From: Macrostomum lignano
Lineage: Eukaryota
Length of the DNA: 64,000 nucleotides
Assembly: GCA_002269645.1 (NCBI GenBank)
Contig: NIVC01000236.1
Span: 186,001 to 250,000, forward strand
Reading direction: 5' to 3'
The notes under the pieces were generated by a model. It was not told the DNA's origin, made no database searches, and saw nothing but the letters and a program-made list of their open reading frames with translations. This document shows, in pieces, positions 59,084 through 64,000 of the stretch (positions within the stretch are counted from its first letter, which is position 1; each line of letters begins with the position of its first letter). The position numbers were made by a program, and so were the translations under genes.

Positions 59084-59964
59084 ATTCCTTCTTGATTTTG
59101 CGGGCGGGCCGAGAAACGACATTCTTCGGCCCGCGAGTCAAACTGCATTTGCTTCAGTCTAAGTTCAGTGCAAGTCCTGATTCTCGGCCCGCAAGAAAAT
59201 GGAATTTGTCTATGGCACAAAATGCAAACTGTATTTCATTTTAGCTCTGAGCCTAAAAGAGCGACTGACAAAGTAATAAGCTCGTAATTAGTCTAACTTT
59301 TTATTAAAACTGAATTTCATTAACTCCTGACCCGAGCGTTCTGAGAACATGATAGACTACTCCTGTATAAAAGGAGGCGAGATTTCTGGGTTGCAGCGCG
59401 AAGAAATCGACTTTGTATGCCAACTCCGTGGCCGTGGGCGAATGTTCAATCAGTACACTGGCTTGCCTGTGCCTGGAATTGGAGTCAGCAAGGCGCTCGA
59501 CAACGGCCTGTTGGATGATCTAGTAAACGATCTTTCTGCTGAAGCGAGCAGCGACAATCAACTCTGGGAGCTAACAAGTGATGAAGTGAGCGCCATTTTG
59601 GATGTGGAGAATGCCTCACGCGTCGTCTCTACCGAAGCAAAAACAAGACAGTGTGTGGAGAAATTCTGATACTGACTGCGAACAAAGGGACTTTAATGGA
59701 GTTCTGCCGACTGCAGTGCTAGAGAAAAATGGATCCCGTGTTCTATTTTTCCTATAAGTGAGTACCTCTGAACGCCATGTACTGTAAAGACGGCGTGGGT
59801 TGCACCACAAGACTATATTAAATCGTTACTGTTGTCCTCTTTGTAATGTTGCACTTTTAACGTTTTAAATACAATCGTTTCGGCTTCGTCTATGGCCCAG
59901 CCCGATATCGGGCAGAGAATGGGCCATTTCTTAAGCAGTCTTGCCCGCAAAATCAAGCAGGAAT
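59084..59964 (+). mobile_element. Possible Crypton-like (tyrosine-recombinase) element remnant bounded by ~22-bp inverted repeats
   Basis: Inverted repeats attcct[t/g]cttgattttgcgggc at 59084-59105 and 59943-59964. The internal ORF ends ILDVENASRVVSTEAKTRQCVEKF*Y*LRTKG, reminiscent of Crypton/KCTD1-like N-termini (weak, from memory). Confidence 0.4.
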
Positions 59965-60386
59965 TAAGATTTCTCTCACAAAAGCTCTGACAACATCCAT
60001 TCATTTCTACTGCTCTACCCCCCCCCATGAAATCAAGGGCTCAGATGATCTTTTAAGTCTTTTAAGTCTCAGTTTTTGAGTGGCCAATGCATGTATTACT
60101 AGCTGGCGGGAACTAAGAAATGGTGAATATGCGTTCCCTTAGCCCGTAGCTACGGCAGTGCTGCATCCCAGCTGTTTTGTCGGGTTGGTCGTTGTCACAA
60201 ATTAAGACAATAAGCAAGTAGGCAAGCCACTGAGCACACACAGATTCACACAGATACGAACTCGGGCACAAACACCCAGTGTACAGCGGCCCCGACTTTC
60301 TATTATTATTGTCATCGTCAGGCTTGCACCCTCCGTGATTTGGGGACACTCGTGAGCGGGGATTGCTCGACAAACCCCAGGTTTAG

Positions 60387-60661
60387 GGGGTTGCAGCCTA
60401 GTGGTTGGGGCGTCGGACTCACGACTTGAAGGTCGGAGGTTCGATTTCCGATCCCACTGGAAAAAATTGTGTCCTTGAGAAGACATTTAATTCTGCTCTG
60501 CAACTGGGGTAATTGAGGCTGTGTGTGGCGACCCCCCAGTCCTTGCACTGAACCAGCCGTACGCAGCCTTCAGATGCGCTGCGCAAAGCTGCGGCTGAGC
60601 TGTCAGTTGCACATCTGGCCCAATTGGGGCAGGTGTAATCAATCTTTAGTATTAGTATTAG
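60387..60661 (+). mobile_element. tRNA-derived SINE, copy C
   Basis: Pol III A-box-like tagtggttgg and B-box ggttcgatttcc, a partly deleted central domain, a stem-loop cagatgcgc..gcacatctg and a (tagtat)n tail. Confidence 0.82.
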
Positions 60662-61574
60662 CCCAAGAAACCTTTGGTCCGACAGCTCGCAGTGCCAGCT
60701 TACTTGTATAGCCCCGCCGTCTGTACACGGGCCGAGCCGCTGGTGAAACCGCAGCGTCACCAGGCAGCATCAGGTGGCACTTGGAGTCGGCGAACCGAGC
60801 ACAGGCGCACCACCTCAGGAGCGAGCACTGGTACAGGCACAGCAGGACGCTGCGGCTGCTCACAACCAGCTCAGCAGCTCCGCATTGACCGTCCGTTTCC
60901 AGCCACAGAGCGCTTTCAGCAGCGGAGTCGTGAACTTCGAGCGATGCCAGCAGTTAGAAGCCCAGAAGCAGATGGTGGAACATCCTTGGACTTTCGACTG
61001 GGTGAGACGGCAGGTTCCGCTTCTGGCTCTTTGATATACAGGTATTTATTACCGAGCAAACTGTATGCTGATTGGCTGCACTGCCTGTCCAATGGCATCG
61101 CTGACAGGCTGGACCGGTTCCGTTCGGTTCGCCATCATTTGTTTTTCGGAGTTCTGATATCTCGGGTTGATTATGGGAAGTGCTTTCGGAGTTGTGATTT
61201 TTCGGGTTATTGATGCCCCCGTTCCCTCTCTCACAGAGAAGTTGGTGTAATATTGATGAAATGATTTTCTAGCGTAACATGCCAACTTCAGTTTAAAACA
61301 TTGCGATATTGGGAATGAAATGTTCCCATTTTAGCACTAAACTGGCACCATTGGGGCGAGTATGCTTTTGTTCCGGGACGGGACGGAAGAAAATCGATTT
61401 TAATAGATTTAAAATACCAAATGGAGACCAGCAAAGTTGAAGTAGTACCACCGCGTACCAAGGTCTCCACTCTGTGTGCTCCAACATTTTTCAAACTTTT
61501 AATAACGTGACTAAAACAAATTATCTATCCTTATAGTTTGCCTTTCATACTACTCGAAACAGAAAGTAGCGAGA

Positions 61575-62810
<1,236 letters not shown>

Positions 62811-63049
62811 GAGGCAGGGAGGGAGGAAGACGGACAGGCAGATGGATTGCTCAAGTTCAGCTCAAGAACCATCAAGCGCCCCCACACAGCGCATTCCTCT
62901 GCTTCAAAGAAGTCAATTCCAGAGCCAGGCAACTCTTCGGCAGCAAGCCGGTCCGTGGCCTCGTCCGCCTCCTGACCCAGTTCTCAGTTCCCCGATCAAG
63001 TCTATGAAGATTGCATTGCCGCAAGCGGGCTGAGACTGCGCAATGAAAT

Positions 63050-63330
63050 TGCCGTGGCGCCACGTCGCAACCGCCGCCCCCAGCCCCCCAATTTACTCGC
63101 CCCTCCGGCCACGTCAGCGGCTCGCTTGGCTGGCCAATTGTTTTCTAAAATAGGAGAATCCAGTAAATAGGAAAATTCCCGCCTGCCCCATTAGAGCCAA
63201 TCACCGGCCTCGCATCCGAGCGCCCCGCGGCTCCCCCGGCGCAGGGCCCGGGGGCTACTTATTGGGGCGAGGCGGTCGTCCAGAAGCCTGCGCGCACCTG
63301 CCGACTCCGCCACCGACGCCAAGAGAGGAG
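63050..63330. promoter_or_regulatory. CpG-island promoter of a gene beyond or at the window edge
   Basis: Dense CpG, GC boxes (ccgccccc, ggggcgaggcgg), CCAAT (agccaatcac) and a CRE-like cacgtcag. Confidence 0.5.
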
Positions 63331-64000
63331 GATCAGCTTCCACTACCGACTGTTCAAAGTGAGGAAAATTCTTCAGGATAACTTCTGAGCCTATTCAGAG
63401 AGTCTGTGAGTTTCGCCATCGCAACTTTCGCTTATTTACCACACTCTAGGTGGGGGGCTGGAAACTGTTTTGATCCTCTCAAGATTGCTGCTCAGTGCGG
63501 CGCATTCTCTCACCTTCTCACTTTGGACCCAGCAGAGGGTGGCTGCTGACAAAGTCCTTGTTGTTTCTGCTGCAACTTCTCGCTATCTGAGTCAGCAGTG
63601 GCGAGTCCTCAGCTCTCCTTTGTCTCACAGAGCTGAGCCGGCTGGGAGTTGGACTCGGGCAGTGCAGCTCAACAGCAGTGGGAGTACTTGAGTGCCGGCT
63701 GCTTCATGGGCATTGTTGAATGGCAGAGCAAGAAACCACTTGCAACAATTGCTGATAGCTCGCATTGGGCCTCGAAACCAAACTGCCTGGATGCGGGGAA
63801 GGAAGGAGACGCAGAGCTGCAGTCCCTGCCTGCCGATCTGCTGCTACTTCGCCACATTCTGACAGGCAGAACCAGCGCGTCAGACGCAAGCCCTCCTCAA
63901 GAGGAGCAAGTGGAGCTGCTCTCCACGTCAGAACCATGATTCCCCCCTTGTGCCCAGCTTTCGGATGTCTCGGCTGGCCCGTTTTTGCAGCAGCTGTCCA

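Larger units (their letters stand above)
57915..60983 (-). pseudogene. Disrupted secreted protein gene: signal peptide + PAN/apple-like domain + F-type lectin (fucolectin/FTP) domain (exons 60983-60704, 58293-57915)
   Basis: Exon 1 reads MFHHLLLGF*LLASLE...LLCLYQCSLLRWCACARF...CHLM with an in-frame TAA at 60954-60956. A phase-1 intron A|gtaagc..ttgcag|CC follows. Exon 2 has AIDGN, WWE, YNRGDCCPERLNNF and TICEVVAYG, with a frameshift near 58140. Confidence 0.7.

Noticed and set aside
60387-60460. Possible tRNA gene
   Set aside because: A/B boxes are present, but there is no complete cloverleaf and the sequence continues into a SINE body shared by three copies.
63470-64000. Possible first coding exon downstream of the 63-kb CpG island
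   Set aside because: Coding-like composition, but stops occur in all frames and no family is recognisable. It cannot be supported.

Overview
Eukaryotic (animal) genomic DNA with spliceosomal GT-AG introns. It is not prokaryotic: there is no CRISPR array, rRNA gene or true tRNA gene. The GC/CpG-rich exons, intronic minisatellites and splice acceptors just before start codons resemble a free-living flatworm such as Macrostomum (inference only). Six genes lie on the minus strand in 1-32 kb: a secreted ALK/LTK-type glycine-rich protein, a Cys-string Ala/Thr-rich protein, SIRT5, SLC25A44, a YPEL (frameshifted in this sequence) and HACD3. Four closely spaced genes lie on the plus strand in 42-53 kb: RRP1-like, two unknown genes and MGST3. 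A disrupted PAN-like plus F-type lectin gene lies on the minus strand at 57.9-61 kb. About 20 distinct mini/microsatellite arrays, a tRNA-derived SINE family, and mariner, Merlin, hAT, Mutator-like, foldback, Helitron-like and Crypton-like remnants fill the rest. The most striking signal is two sharply bounded AT-rich blocks (about 14.7-20 kb and 32.5-42 kb). Their transposon relics have lost CpG and also carry CpA/TpG->TpA transitions, a signature like fungal RIP, while gene bodies keep their CpGs. All exon models were read by hand. Several 1-nt frame problems may be assembly errors.
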